Source: Schmidtea polychroa
Taxonomy: Eukaryota
Assembly (NCBI GenBank): GCA_044892525.1
Contig: CM097885.1
Coordinates: forward strand, 43,278,001 to 43,342,000
DNA: 64,000 nt
Direction: 5' to 3'
Of the stretch, positions 14,901-29,484 are shown in pieces. A program made the translations under genes and the position numbers. Below the pieces are notes generated by a model, which worked only from the letters and a program-made list of their open reading frames with translations, had not been told where the DNA came from and did no database searches. How positions within the stretch are numbered: position 1 is the first letter of the stretch; each line of letters starts with the position of its first letter.

Positions 14901-17900
14901 TAAATTGTGAATCTCATTAGTTAAACCTAAAAATACGATTTATAACTTTGAATAATTCTGTAATAATTGCTGAAAATATTATCCAATGGCATGGCGATTA
15001 TTGTGTTTGACTTCAAATTTTAAAATATATAATAAAAGGACATGAAAAAAACCAAGAAAAATTCATATAATATAAAATCAATAAATTTCAATTAATGATT
15101 TCCCTGATGCTGAAAAAATAACTCAAATCGTGACTTCCTGTTTGGAAAACCCAGTTGGGGCTTCATGAAGATATATAGTCGCAAAATGCAATAAAATATC
15201 TTGATATCAAACCCACCAAGGTGTTTATTGAGGCTGCGATACACATTCTGGGAACGATTGGGGAAAAGGATCTTTATCTTGTATTTCATAATTAGGACTT
15301 TGAGTTACAATTTACAAATACTTCTCGGTTTTTCTTGATTAAAAATAATTAAGAATTATCTTTTGTCTGCAGTAAGTCAAGACCGTTTTATATCTCTGGA
15401 TATTTTTGTCTATCGAAAGCGTGGTGGCAAATTCCGTAGATCTTGATGATGTAATTAACGATTTTGCATCGAAGAATGCTAGAAAAATTTATTAAATGTA
15501 ATTTTATTTTTTTTACCCGGTTAATAAGAAATAAAATTACTTTACCTTTACCGGCTATTGGAACACTTAACCTATGCAATTACTAATGGAACTTAATTTT
15601 TTCAAAAAAGCTTTAGGTTTCCTAATCCTAATCTAATATATTTTTTTCGTTTAAATTTTGAAATGTGAAATATTGATTTTAATGTGCAAGTGCAAATTCT
15701 GACTATAATCAGAGATAAATTTTTTCCCGTGGCTATAAACAGAGCACTGGAATTTTTGCACTATAACAATAGGTAATATTGATTAAAAAGTGCAAAATTG
15801 TTATTAAAAATATGATTTTTCGTGAAACCATTCATCACATTATAATGCGAAAGTTTAATATTTTGTTTCGGCAAAAAGATGGAAATTGTCGACGTCTACA
15901 TTTTTGCCGATGAAAACCTTTTGATATTTCCGAGAGAATTGTCTGGAGGAAAATTAAAATTTTTCACGTAAACTTTTTCTAGGAAAAGATTCTTTGAGAT
16001 TTTTGAAAATTATTTTTTTCAAAATAGAGATTTTTAGGACCTTTAATTTTACTCAAGAAATATTTTTCAAAATTTCATTAGAAGATGGTCAAAATTATGT
16101 AAAACAAGAACTTTTGCAGTCATGTATCGTCTCGCACTGTAGTGTAAAGTGTCTGAGAAATTTTAAGATTTGCCTTTGCGAAATGGTTGAGATTTCCAAA
16201 ACTTCCATCTTTGATGAAGAAATTTTTTCCGTATCTCTTTGAGAAGGCGGTTAAAAGCTTTAAGGTTCTTAATCCAACACGTTTTAGACAAGTGTTGTCT
16301 TCACCGTGTATAGAATATCTCGGGAAGTTTTAAGGAACCCTGGTCTAACAGATATCCATTTCAATATTTATATTTTATAAGCTTCAAAAATGTCAAATAT
16401 TCATTTTTCTAGTCAAGTTTTTCTCTGAAAAATTAAAATTTTTCACCAGAAAAATCTTTAATAGATACGAACAGCTAACGTATCTATATAATTTTTGTCG
16501 AAATAAATCTCAAAACCCCACTATAGCGTGATAAAACAGAAAAGTAAAAATTTCACTTTAAAATCAATAATCGCGACTGGCCTCGATAACTCATTCTGCA
16601 CACTATGGGCCAATTTAACCGTATTATTTTTGTATTATGTAAATTACATGATATTTGCTAAAAATGTTGGGGAATCGAAATGCGAACGTCTCTTTAACCC
16701 ATTCAAGCCCATTGATTCCAAATGGAATTATTGATTCAATTTATGTCTTTCGACGATTAAAAATGTTGGCAGTAACTAATGTGAATTGAATTTTATCAGT
16801 GGGCAATGCTGAATACGCATCAAAGTTGTATTATATAACAGAAAAAACAAGTGCTATACTGTGTGTACACAAAAAACATTTGTGCTGAAAAGGGTTAATA
16901 ATATATCGTCTTTCAACTTATTATAAATTGAATAATGGATTATGCAACACATTTTATTATAAATTGAATAATGAATTATGCAACACATTTTATGTTAGAC
17001 TGGTAACTATGAGGAACATTGAATGCATTATTTTAGTTTGCTACCAAAAATTGTCCAACTGATTTGACTCTATAATTTACTTGCTTTTTCTTTTTTATAG
17101 AAAAAGCTTTTCCTGGACTTTTAATTTTCAATCGAGTAATTTTAATTATCATTTACCTTTGTTTTTTCCCTTTTAAATATAATACCTGAAAAAATAGGGG
17201 CAAAAATTTGTGTTAAACAGGAAAAACATTGATTGAGATGAAATTAAAAAAAATTATTTTCGGCATAAATTAACACATTAGCGCTCTCGATTTGTTGCAA
17301 ATAATTCCCAATGAATCGCATCATTTAGTGTTCTGGCTCTATTTTTGTGATTTTTCTGTAACTCCCACTCATCTCACTTCTTTCTACTACATTCTTTCCT
17401 TCAAAAATAACTATCGAATTCTTGTTCACATGATTGTCTACATTGTTGATAGAATTTAACTTTTTTATTACATAAAATTGTTGATTTCCATTCTTTCTGA
17501 TTTTATTTAAGCGTCGCTGGAGGTGTTATTACAGAGTGTCTTTACAAATGTCAATATATTTTTTGCTCCCACAATAAATTGTTTAAATTAGTTAGGTTGT
17601 ATAATTAACATAATGAAAACATTATTACGTAACCAATATAATGTGAAATGAATTGTTCTTGAATCGATACATATTACAATGGAGTTCATACAAAATTAAA
17701 CACTTTATTTAAGGAATCCAATACCGGTATATGAAAATTTAATACCAATATTTCGGTTAATAAATAAAACAAAATGTTGAAAATGTTAAAGAATAATAAA
17801 AGAGTAAATAAGCATTTTTCTTAGAAATTCTTAATAAAAAGTCAAATGAAAGAAAAATTACTAGGATTTCTTTTTACCTCCACCAGGTTGGTTAATAAAT

Positions 17901-20900
17901 AATATCCAATATTTAAAATGAATAATTTTACAATAAAGTTCCAACCTAAATGATTTCTTATGAAACCGGTATCCCTGTTTTATTTAAATGCATAATTTTC
18001 TCTAACAATGTATGGCTTTAATGCTATTTAAAGGTTTACAACGAATAATAATTAATTATCAGTTATTGATTAATTTTTATATAAAAATAGCTTTTCAGAA
18101 GAAAATTATGTTTTTATTTATACACTACTAGGACATAATAATCGGTGATTATCTAAAACTAAAAATTTTATAATACTGGTTTTAGATTCTTTTCTTAAAG
18201 ATTTAACTTAATCATTGTAGCTTCAATTTTTAATTGAATAATTACAATTTAATATTCTAATCATTAATCTGAAATTGTTACTATTAGGCAAAATTTATCA
18301 ATGCGTGTAAATATTAGATGACTAATGTGTTAAATTTGGAACATGTCTTGTCTAAATAGCCATAATATACCAATATATACCAAGACATTCATATTTGGAA
18401 TTATATTCAAGTAGTAAACTCTAATAATTATTGTATCATCAATTTCTGTTACTTCTATAATTACGCTTGCATTAGCTACAACCAATTCCCTTTTTATATA
18501 AGACAGATACGTTCCAAAGAATTCATGTTCAACGAAATAAAGTTAATTATAGTTATATCGTTTTAAATATTCCCAATAAATAGCAATTTGAGGGCGATGG
18601 TCCTGAATAAGGATATGAAAAAAATAATAATAATCAATTAATAAGGATTATGAAAAAAATAATAATAATCAATTAAAAATTAAATAATTAATAAAATATT
18701 TAAAATAATAAATTTTGATTCCTTAAAATGAAAAAACTTCCAAATCTCTTCGAAATAATCGAAATTACAAAAGAAAGAATGAAAACAATCGAGTATTTAC
18801 AATCTAAAAATGTTTTAAAAAGTGGATTTAATTGTACCTGTGGCAAGCAGATGTCATTAGTAAAAAAAATACCTTAAAAGATGGTTATATTTTTAAATGC
18901 CCGAAAGCTTGTTCATCATTTTCGGTTAGAAAAAAGAGCTTTTTTGAGAAATCCAAAATTTCTCTCGAAAAGTTAATCTATTTAACGTATTTTTGGGTCA
19001 TGGCCATACCAATAAAAAAGGTTCAGATAATGTTAAAGTTATCAAATCAAACAATGGCAGATTGGAACAATTTCTTGTCCGAAATTTGCTCGACTTCTTT
19101 GTTGAATTTAAGTGAAGATGAGTTCAAAATTGGAGGTCCGAATTGTATCGTCGAAATAGACGAAACACTCATTTCAAAAAAAGCAAAGTACAACAAAGGA
19201 AAACGATATCCGGAAGTTTGGATGTTCGGTGGCATTGAACGAATAACAAATAAATGGTTTGCAGTTATTTTAGAAGATAAAACAAGAGAAACTTTAATTG
19301 GACATATTAAAAAGTATATAAAACCAGGAACAACAATTTACTCTGATATGTGGCCCGGGTATTACACTCCAACTTTTAACTTAAGTATGCTTCCTTCCTG
19401 TGATTATAAACATCTCGCAGTAAACCACGAAGTTGAATATGTCAACAAAGAAACCGGATGCCACACGAATACAATGGAGGGACACTGGGGCAATCTAAAA
19501 ATGGATCTGCGGGGAAGAAGAGGCTGTTCCTTTGAATCTAAAATGTCATTTATTGACTTCAAGATGTGGGTTAATCGGCAGAAAAACAATGAAGAGCATT
19601 TATTAAACATGTATTGGATGGCCGTTTCTGCTATTTATGAATAAATTTATGATTCGATATTATTTTAAATATTTTATTAATTATTTAATTTTTAATTGAT
19701 TATTATTATTTTTTTCATATCCTTATTCTAGACTTAATTTCTCTTCACGTGGACCATCAATTTGTATATACTGTTTGATTAATCTTGCTACAATATAAAA
19801 CAAAACCCACATTATAAAAAACTCGGAAATTCTCAGTAAATCCCAAATAACAATTATAATTTTAAACTAAATATATAATGTCATTATTGAAAACAATTAA
19901 ATTTCAAATTAAATATGTAAACATCAAATTAGATTTCATTTGTTGATAAATAGCTGATGACAGTAATTTATATTTTATATTCAATTGTTTTTTTAATTGT
20001 GACATCTACAAACAGGAGCTATTTGACACCATGGATCAACGAATTAGTGAATACAGAGATTTGTTACTAAAATTTCGAACGGTTTTACTCCCTGATGCAG
20101 TAAATGATTCGGAGATATTTGATAAATAAAGTGATACATTTTGTGTAGACCGGTAAAATGAAATACAAATCATGGGTATCAGCAGCAGCAGCAAATAAAG
20201 AACGCCAAACAAGTCCCATTGCAAATAATCTAAAAGACAGCTCGAATTCCATTCCTGAACGGTTGCAGAATCTCGTCGGCAAGGCAAGTGTATATCATGC
20301 CAATCCAGTTCCTATCAAATCCAATCACAATTCCCGTCATTCGCTATATTCTTATCGGTCGACTATTGTCAATAATAATGATTATTCTTCTGAAACCAGT
20401 CTCAATTATGTTGCCAATGCTATAGAAACGTGTAAATATGAATTGTGTACAAACAAACCCGTCCAGGACAGTCGTTGGGATGGTCAATATTGTTCCGCCA
20501 AGTGCCTAATAAATGACTGCAGGGACACATTTCAAAATTGGCTGACGGATCAGAAACAATCGCAATCCGTTGAAACCGATGAGCATCCAATGGGCGAACC
20601 GGAAAATAGCAAATTCCCCGGAGATAACGATGAAGAAATAATGAAATTCCTTGCAACTCCTCCCGGAGACAATAATCAATCCTCCGACAGTGAAGATTCG
20701 ATCAATCGCGATGAAAATCTTTTTGCGTCTCTCCAGCAGCATTATTTCCCCGGAGAGAACATTGTCGATCTTATACGGACCAATGAAGAAGGTGCTGACG
20801 TGTTGCATCATAACAATCGCCGATTCCTGACAGATATCGACGAGGATGATGTGATAGTGCTATCGCCCCCGCCGGTGAACAAACTGCAATCAAATGTACA

Positions 20901-20985
20901 GACCAACAACAATATTAACATCAACAATCAATCACGGAGCGCTGCAGTGATATCGTCATCCCCCCATAGTGAAAGATATAAATGA
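11999..20985 (+). CDS. Spliced TOX-like HMG-box protein; exons 11999-12109, 12153-12179, 12229-12354, 12405-12472, 12519-12654, 20016-20099, 20149-20985
   Basis: All junctions are GT-AG and keep the frame. HMG box KEPSAFLLFSRMKH...FNELCRITHTSWENIQSSEKE|ELF...EYRDLLLKFR. Cys-rich CTNKPVQDSRWDGQYCSAKCLINDCRDTFQNW resembles the TOX4-type C-terminal motif. Confidence 0.75.
13979..14870 (-). pseudogene. Tc1/IS630-like transposase remnant in intron
   Basis: VFLDELG, LIMNNVPF (DN..FH-like) and LPPWPSQLNPFE, with several frameshifts. Confidence 0.7.
15345..15495 (+). pseudogene. hAT transposase C-terminal dimerisation fragment
   Basis: Manual translation LSIESVVANSVDLDDVINDFASKNARK. Confidence 0.55.
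18596..19758 (+). mobile_element. Merlin (IS1016/IS1595-like) DNA transposon; transposase 18728-19644 with one frameshift
   Basis: Motifs VEIDET, WMFGGIER, IYSDMW, VNH and HTNTMEGHW. Inverted repeats GAATAAGGATATGAAAAAAATAATAATAATCAATTAA on the left (~18606) and its complement on the right (~19690-19728), with outer GATGGTCC/GGACCATC. The N-terminal frame from ATG 18728 joins across an A-run at ~18862. Confidence 0.85.
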
Positions 20986-21044
20986 TTACTCTAGTGTTGT
21001 TTTGCTGTCAATATTTATAATATCCGCATTTTCAAAGGCTGTTT

Positions 21045-21684
21045 TTTTGTCTTCATTTTTTGATCGGGATTTTTAAATTTATTGATTTGTTACTTTTTGA
21101 AAAATTACGAGATACCGTGAAAGGCAGCGCTTTTAATTTCTAGAAAGAATCTAACAAATTTTGTTTTAATATTCGATGGCCATAGTGATTAAATACATGA
21201 TCACGGAATGACCGTAACCTAAACAAAAGAACCATTTCATTATTGTAAGTCTGACAAATTTCCACATTAACTACCAGAAATGTATTTTATATATACTAAA
21301 AATTATAAAAGTACTAAGCACATGCAATGCATGAATCACTACAGTACAGTTATGCAAGTACGGACATGCAAGAAAACTGGTCATATTAGTCGAGAATGCT
21401 AAATGAAAAAGAAAATGACGTGTTTTGCATGCGGAGTTGAAGGCCACGTACGGCGAGACGATTCAACGATTCAATGCCAGAGATGTCACTTACGTGGACA
21501 CAAGGAGATTGACTGCTATACAAATTTGGAAAGAAGGAAATTTCAAACTAATTCAAACATGAGAAACAATAATTATTATGCCCATCGAACCACAAGCTAT
21601 CAACAAAAGATCAACAATCCAGGAAGAACAATTGAAGCTAATGATGAGACGATGCCACTCGAGTATTCAGATGATGCAGAAGAC
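21045..21684 (+). repeat. Duplicate of the 24930-25980 region containing Gypsy gag zinc knuckles
   Basis: Near-identical sequence at 21045-21200 vs 24930-25077 and 21200-21684 vs 25490-25980. Knuckles CFACGVEGH and CQRCHLRGHKEIDC. Confidence 0.85.
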
Positions 21685-24600
21685 CAGCGCCGGTTTGAGA
21701 TAATTATACGCCCCAGGCGAAAATTATAAAAAGCGCCCTATTTTAAAAATTAGGTACAAAAATTATGATAAAATAAAAAAGTTTAACAAAAAACAATCCA
21801 TTTATTACTTTATTTCATTTTTTTCGATTGACATATATATAAAAAAAACAGAATTTATAAGAATGATTTTTTCCTGGCTTTCATGTCTGCAAATTTTTCT
21901 ATTGCTGCCTCCAAATTTAGGTTTGCTACAACATTATTTTCAATTGAAATAATGGCCAAATTATTCAACCTATCTTCCGTCATAGTAGATCGCAAATACG
22001 TTTTTATTAGTTTTAATTTACTAAAACTTCTTTCACCACTCGTAACACTAACAGGAATTGTTACGAGGATTCGTAAAGCCACCCACAGATTTGGTACTGT
22101 ACTTTTCAAATTATTATCATTGATAAATTGTAAACATATTAAAGGATCTTTAACATCATCTGGTACCAATTGCTTCAATGATTCGATTTCCTCGCACAAT
22201 TCTATTCCATTTATATCACTACTGGCCTCATTTGTTAATTTCAGATGTAAATCTTTGCAACTCTTCAGCAAATCACAACGATTTTTATTATTGTGAATAT
22301 TGAACAAAAAACCCCACGAATCTTCGAAATCTTTCATTTGCTGAAACCTTTCTGATATAGATATCAACGATTGATCCAGCATAACATTAAAAACATGATT
22401 TTTATAATATTTTTCTGGGTCATTTACATCTGGAGTTTCATCGTCACACTCATAACTAAATTGTTTTTGTCGCCTTCTGATTCTTACAGCTTTAAATTGT
22501 GCGTTCACGTTTAATAGCGCAGCGAGATCTTTGGCCGATTTTAAAGCATCAGAAAAACCGGAGTCTCTATAATTTTCTAGAAAAATCTTACAATTCCGAA
22601 GAAGCTCGATGGCGTTACTCATATCAAATGTAGCTTTTTGCATGGATTTGCTGACAATATTAAATTTTGACAAAAGTACGTACCAGACAGATAATGTTAA
22701 CAAAAACTCGAAATCTTCTATTTTTTCAGATAAAGAGCTAGCTTCTGAAACAACTGCAGCATCTAATATTGTGTCTTGCAACTCATTTAATGCGTTTCTA
22801 ATTTCCGTGATTTCAAACATAATTGCTTTAATGCATTCGATTCTACATTCCCACCTCGTTTCACTTAAAGGTTTAGGATTTAATGATTTAATATGTTTTT
22901 TCAATATATTTCATCGTCCAACAGATGCAGCAAACAAAGTATAAATTCTTTGAACATATCCGAAAAACTTTATGCACATTATTGAAGAAGAAACACTATC
23001 ACCAATTAGTAGGTTAATTGAGTGACAACCGCAAGGCATAAAAAACGCTCTTGGATTTTCTTTTAAAATTCTAGCTTGCACTCCTTTAATTTTACCTTTC
23101 ATATTAGCGCCGTTATCATATCCTTGGCCTCTACAGTTTGCTAATTCCAAATTGAATTCTTCTAAACTTTCAGAAATATCATCATATAATCCTTTTCCAG
23201 TAGAATCAAAAACTGGTTTAAAGGATACAAAATGCTCTTTTATTTCCATATCCTCAACATCATAAAATCTTAACGTTATGGAGAGCTGTTCGATATGGCT
23301 TATGTCAGGTGTGCAGTCTAAAATAATCGAAAAATATTTCGATTTACGAACAGAATCCAAAATATGACTTCTTGTCATATCACCAAGTGTACTTATTAAT
23401 TCGTTTTGTATAGTTTTTCCACAATAATGAACATGAATTTCTTGTGAGACCACCCTGCGCAAATGCTCATTTAATGGTAAATCAAATTTTCCTAGAAGTT
23501 CAACAAGGCCTAAAAAATTTCCATTATGCGGAACAAATAACTTATCACAAGAACCCCGAAATGCTAAATTATTTTTTGACAAAAATAATGTTATGTTTAT
23601 TAATCTTTCTAGTACCTTTTTCCAATTATATTTTTCTTGGACTATCAAAGACTGCAAATTCTTATCAATAGTTTTATTGCCCTTTAATCTTAATCGAGTT
23701 TCTATCCAGTTTTTTTCACATTTTAAATGTGAAACTGACCGTTCGTGCATTTTCAAGCTGTCGTGAATATTTTTCCAATCCCATAAACCAGATTTGGCTA
23801 GATTTGACCTACCTGATGGATCAAAAAGTTTGCAAAAAAAACAAAATACAGAATTTTTGGATTCTGAATAGTGCAACCATTTTCTTAGGAATTTTTCACC
23901 ATTACTTATTTGACGATAAAAAAGCGAATTGGAAAAGCTTCGATTATTTTCATCTCTTGGATAAATATGTTGTTGATTACACCTTTCTTCGTTTCCATAT
24001 AAGTCAGTTACAACTATATGGTCAATTTCCGTATGTTTTAAATTTTGTGGCCATAGCCCAATATCATTATAATTTAAAATATTTTCAAATACAGAATGAG
24101 TTGAATCACAAGGAACAATTATTTCAGTTCCGTGAGAAGACATTAAATTATCCTCATTGATAATATTACAATTTTCAGCTTCTGATGACACATTACCTAT
24201 ATCGTCCTCTGAGCTTGAAGATGTTGACTCGAAATGTTGATTATCATCGGCTACTGATTTACTGGAATTAAAATATTTCAATATTTTATCGTGCTTATCA
24301 GCTTGTTGTTGTCTATTTATTTTTCGTTTCCGATATTCATACCCACTCAATTTTTTTGGTGGCATCTTAGCTATGGCATAAATTTATATAAATATATTAT
24401 ATATTTTCCAATATATTTTTAAAAAATGATCTTAATCTTACCTTACCTCTTATATATTTATATTTTTAAAACAGAATAGGAATACAAATTTAATTTGAAT
24501 AAACTGCAACAACACAACACATTAGTTACACACTTGAAACAAAAAAATTGTTAAAAAAAACTGGTAGCTATAGCTGTTAATTTAACTCGCACATCAGTTT

Positions 24601-24878
24601 TTGTAATACATACATATAATTTTTTTTATTTCAATTTTCAATACATATCAGAATTTCTCAGAATTGGAAATTCGTATATTTTGCATGTACTTTTTTTTTG
24701 TTTTTTCTTATTTTCAATTTTTTTTAAAACGGTTGGTTTCATAGATAAATTTCAAAATATAAAGTTTTGGAGGCTTATTTTATAATTTACTTTGATTGTT
24801 TATAATAAATTTTGGCGCCCTCTAAAAAAAGGCGCCCTTGGCTATGGCCTAGGTCGCCTGGCCCTTGGGCCGGGCCTG
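21685..24878 (-). mobile_element. Full-length hAT transposon (ZMYM1-like/TTF zinc-finger type)
   Basis: 8-bp TSD CAGAAGAC at 21677-21684 and 24879-24886. Imperfect TIRs CAGCGCCGG / CCGGGCCTG. Confidence 0.92.
21855..24365 (-). pseudogene. hAT transposase with a single in-frame stop (TGA at 22911-22913)
   Basis: The two ORFs share one frame (VGR*NILKKH). Motifs FCFFCKLF, ILDCTPD, GQGYDNGANM, CGCHSINL, ETRW and GERSFSKLKLIK. Confidence 0.92.
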
Positions 24879-25639
24879 CAGAAGACAAATATGAGGATAT
24901 CCAGCACCCAAAAGTACATGCTTCGACACATTTTTTGTCTTTAATTTTTAAATTTATTGATTTGTTACTTTTTGAAAAATTACGAGATACCGTGAAAGGC
25001 AGCGCTTTTAATTTCTAGAAAGAATTCAACAAATTTTGTTTTAATATTCGATGGCCATAGTGATTAAATACATGATCAATTTGACAGAAGTAGTTCACAA
25101 ATGTCGACTAATCTAATGTTTAAAAATTCCAGTTTATTGTTTTAATTTATGAATGGGTACAGTAACTACGAGGTGACGGATCGATCCAGATACTATTGGG
25201 TGTCATGAATCAGTAGTTCTCATCAACTATTAAATCGGTTTCATACAAATGCCTTAATGAAGGCCTCAATGAATATTCAATAATATTTGTGAGTAAACGA
25301 GAAAGATAACACAAGAATTAATATCAATTAATAGCATTTTATACCATATTTGGACGATGATTTTTGAAATCATAAATATGTAGATTATTGTTATTTTTTG
25401 AAACTTAAAAAATGTGGATTTGTTATTTACAAATCCTTATTAATTGTGATCTCTTCCAAAGTTTCCTCTTTTTGGTAGCCCTTTCCTTTATCACGGAATG
25501 ACCGTAACCTAAACAAGAGAACCATTTCATTATTGTAAGTCTGACAAATTTCCAGAACTACCAGACTACCAGAATTGTATTTTATGTATACTAACAATTA
25601 TAAAAGTACTAAGCACATGCAATGCATTAACCACTACAG

Positions 25640-28164
25640 TACAGTTATGCAAGTACGGACATGCAAGAAAACTGGTCATATTAGTCGAGAATGCTAAATG
25701 AAAAAGAAAATGACGTGTTTTGCATGCGGAGTTGAAGGCCACGTACGTCGAGAATGTTCAACGGTTCAATGACAGAGATGTCACTTACGTGGACACAAGG
25801 AGATTGACTGCTATACAAATTTGGAAAGAAGGAAATTTCAAACTAATTCAGACATGAGAAACAATAATTATTATGCCCATCGAACCACAAGCTATCAACA
25901 AAAGATCAACAATCCAGGAAGAACAATTGAAGCTAATGATGAGACGATGCCACTTGAGTATTCAGATGATGCAGAAGACAAATATGAGGATATCCAGCAC
26001 CCAAAAGTACATGTTTCGACACGGAAGGCAATGATCGGAGCAATATACTAGGTAATTTTGATATTGATGTAAATATTGGTCATAATAATTTTAATAATGT
26101 AAATAATCCATATATATTTATATATATAATAATTTAGAACCTTTATGTAATAAAATTTGTAATTTTAAAAAGTTTCCTTTAAATAATTTTAAATGTTATA
26201 GTTATTTTAATGCTGATTGATCTTTAATAAATAATAATAATAATCCTAACAATCAAGAAGAGTATAATGAAATTAAAGAAGCAGAATATAATAATAAAAT
26301 AGTAAATGAAAAAGTTTATAAATTTATTAAAAAGGCAGAAGATAAATTAGAGAGAAAGGAAATTATGGTGGATTAATGAAATATCAGAGGAGCAAAATAT
26401 TTTCACTAAAGATGAATGGAAACGACCAAAACTGAGTTATGACAAAATGCAAAATAGACCGAGTACAACTCTTGAAATTCAGGGATATAGAATGGAATGC
26501 TTACTAGATAGAGGAGCAAGAGTAAATGTAATGACAGAAGCAGTTGTGGACAAATTAGTGAATGTGAAAATCATAAAAACAGATGATGCATAATTTTAAG
26601 ATGTGCAAATGATAGTAAATTAGAGACAATCGGAAAAATACATATTGATGTTAGAATTGGTAATATGGAAAGAAAAATAACATTTATAATAGTTAAAAAT
26701 ATTGTTCCAGATATAATAGGCGGAGTGGAATTGCAGAAAGAGTTTGGAATTGAATTAAACTACATCAAGCAAAATGAAGAAGGATATAATGAATTTGTGT
26801 GTGAAATAGAAGCTAAAATTGGGAAAAAGATTAAAGATAGAGATGTCAAAGAGCAATAGAAATTCTAAGATTAAACGAAAATAAAAGACTGTTAGAAATT
26901 GTTAAAAACAATAAAAGTGTTTTTATGGCTAATAACTGGGTTATTGGATGTACTGATTTAATTGCACATAAAATCATCACAACAGAAGGGCCAATTATGA
27001 TAAAACCCAGAAGACAAAACATCAATTTAGAGAAGAATAAAAATGCTGCTATAAAAAATTTAGAAAATAATGATATCATGAGAAGATGTAATTCACCTTG
27101 GAATACGCCGTTAGTATGCGCGTGGAAAAAAGACAAAAAAGATACCAGACTGTGTTTAGATTTTAGACAGCTTAATAAGATTACTGAAAGACAAGCTTTT
27201 CCTATGCCGAATGTAGAAGAAAATCTAGATACATTACATGGATCTAAGTAATTTCGTTCTATAGACCTTGGGAACGCTTATTATCAAGTGAAATTGGACA
27301 TAGAATCGCAAGAAAAGATAGCATTATCTACTAAAGAAGGGCAATTTTGTTTTAATAGAATGCCTTTTGGCATTGCGGCGGCACCGGGTACATTCCAAGA
27401 ATTAATGACAAAAATATTGAAAGATCTATGGAAAGAAGGAGTTAATGTGTATTTAGACGATATTTTAATTTTTACAAGAACAATTGAAGAACATTACAAT
27501 GTGTTTGGAAAAGTTCTAGAGAAATTAATGGAAGCTAAATTGAGAATCAACCCAGAAAATATCAGTTATTAAAGAGCGAATTAAAGTTTCTAGTGCACAT
27601 TATTAGCAGTCAGGGGATTCGGACAGATCAAAATAAAATTGAGGCTATTAAATCATTTCTGAGGCCTAAGTGTATAAAGAATTTGAGAAGCTTTTTAGGT
27701 ATATGTAACTATTATCGGAGATTTATTAAGGAATATGCAACAAAATCAAGAGCGCTAGAAAGCATATGTGGAAGCAATAGTGAAAAAATAATCTGGACTG
27801 AGGAATGTGAGAAAGCTTTCGAAGAAATGAAAATGGCGTTGACTACAGCGTCAATTCTCGTATTTCCAGATTTCAAGAAAGAATTCATATTAGATACAGA
27901 CGCAAGCTTTGATACAATTGGAGCTGTATTATCACAAAGAGGAGAAATGGGGCATGAACACGTTATTGCATATGGATCCCATGCAATGAGTAGTCATGAA
28001 AGAGGATATTGTATAACACAAAAAGAGCTTTTGGCTATATATTATTTCTGTCGCCATTTCAATCATTATTTATATGGTAAACGGTTTGTTTTGCCCACTG
28101 ATCATAAAGCAATAACTTTTATGTTAACTACAAAGAAGCCTATAACAGCACAGTTCCAAACGTG
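25640..28164 (+). mobile_element. Old decayed Ty3/Gypsy element, 5' part (gag knuckles, PR, RT, RNase H)
   Basis: LLDRGA protease remnant at ~26500, RLCLDFRQLN, YLDD, DTDAS and TDHKA. Multiple stops and frameshifts. Continues at 52378. Confidence 0.9.
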
Positions 28165-28819
28165 TGTTGGGTAGTTGGTTAACAAAAAGTTGGTTAGTCA
28201 ACAAGAAGTTACTGGTTACCAGGGGATGATAGTCCGAAAAAGAAATGACCGTACAACATTTTCTGCGGACCGCTGACCAAAAACCCACACGATTGTTTCC
28301 ACAACATGACACCCATGATTTACATCATGTTGGTACTGTGCCATGCCGGCGAGTTACGATGAAGCAGGTAAGGCAGTTAAGGACTACTCCTTCACCCTAA
28401 CCCGACTTTTCCACAGTTCGACTGCCGATAGAAGGACTTACGTCTTTTCTATTATTCGAGATATTGGTCAAGATCACGTGATTCCATTATCAATTACTCC
28501 TTTATCACCACAACTTTTCACCCACTTCAGCCTTGTAACAAGAATACAACACAAAAATCTACAGAACTCCTTTTACTACTTGACTCAACGTTTATTTGAA
28601 TAAATATCATTATAACACCGATTAGTACTACCTATTGGGGTAGCTTTACACAACCTCGACAAACAAACAAAAATAAAAAAAAATTAGACGACAGATAGGC
28701 TACTCATTCAATCCCAATATTAAAATATTTATACAAAATGTCACAAAGTTGTCGGGGAAGTTCCCACGAAAATCACGTCGAGATCAAAGAAGTCTCTCGC
28801 GTCTTCCTCCCAGGTATTA

Positions 28820-29484
28820 TTAGATGAGGGAACTATTCGAAACGTGGGCGGGGATCGAACTGTTACTGGTGATGGTTGGGGTTTCTGCTTCGGTGACCAG
28901 TTTCGCCTCCCTCTCGGCTTGGAGTAACTTCCGCCTTTTTGTCCGCTCGGCTCGAGTCGGTTGTCGTCGTTTTAAAGTCTTTTGTGATGCCGGGTAAGTG
29001 ACCGAGTCGGGTACGACGGCTGGCCTCGGTGTGGCTTGGCCGATGTCGGTGATAATGACGTCGGATGGTACGGATAGTAACGGGGTGTCTACACAACTAG
29101 TACAAGCCTTGCTTGGCGGTCGAATCGGGCTTGTCGAGTGATGTTGGTGAGGGAAAACATTGTCCTCTTCCGATATCGGCATATTAGTGATATTCTTAGT
29201 GATAGTCGCTTGCACGTAGACCTTGTGCAAGGCCTCTGATTGTTCCTTGATTAATAACCGTAACGAGCGACTCTCTTCGATCATACTATCGCGGCAGTGT
29301 TCAGTCCGTGCCAATTTCAATCTTACCTCCTTCATTTGCGCAGGAGAAAAGTAGGTTCCTTCTAGATGATCCGATTTCTTTTTTGCAATCCTATCTGAGT
29401 CTGCAAGGTCTTAATGATGGCATTCTTATCGGCACACGAGAAACACGGCCGAAGAATAGTTACAGCGGTTGGAGTCTTTGACAT
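28820..29484 (-). CDS. Unknown protein inside the TG..CA element (coiled-coil, Pro/Thr-rich, basic patch); probable frameshift near 29380
   Basis: 171-aa ORF with raised GC. An upstream frame MSKTPTAVTILRPCFSC starts just after a TTTTAG acceptor and can join across an A-run. Confidence 0.4.
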
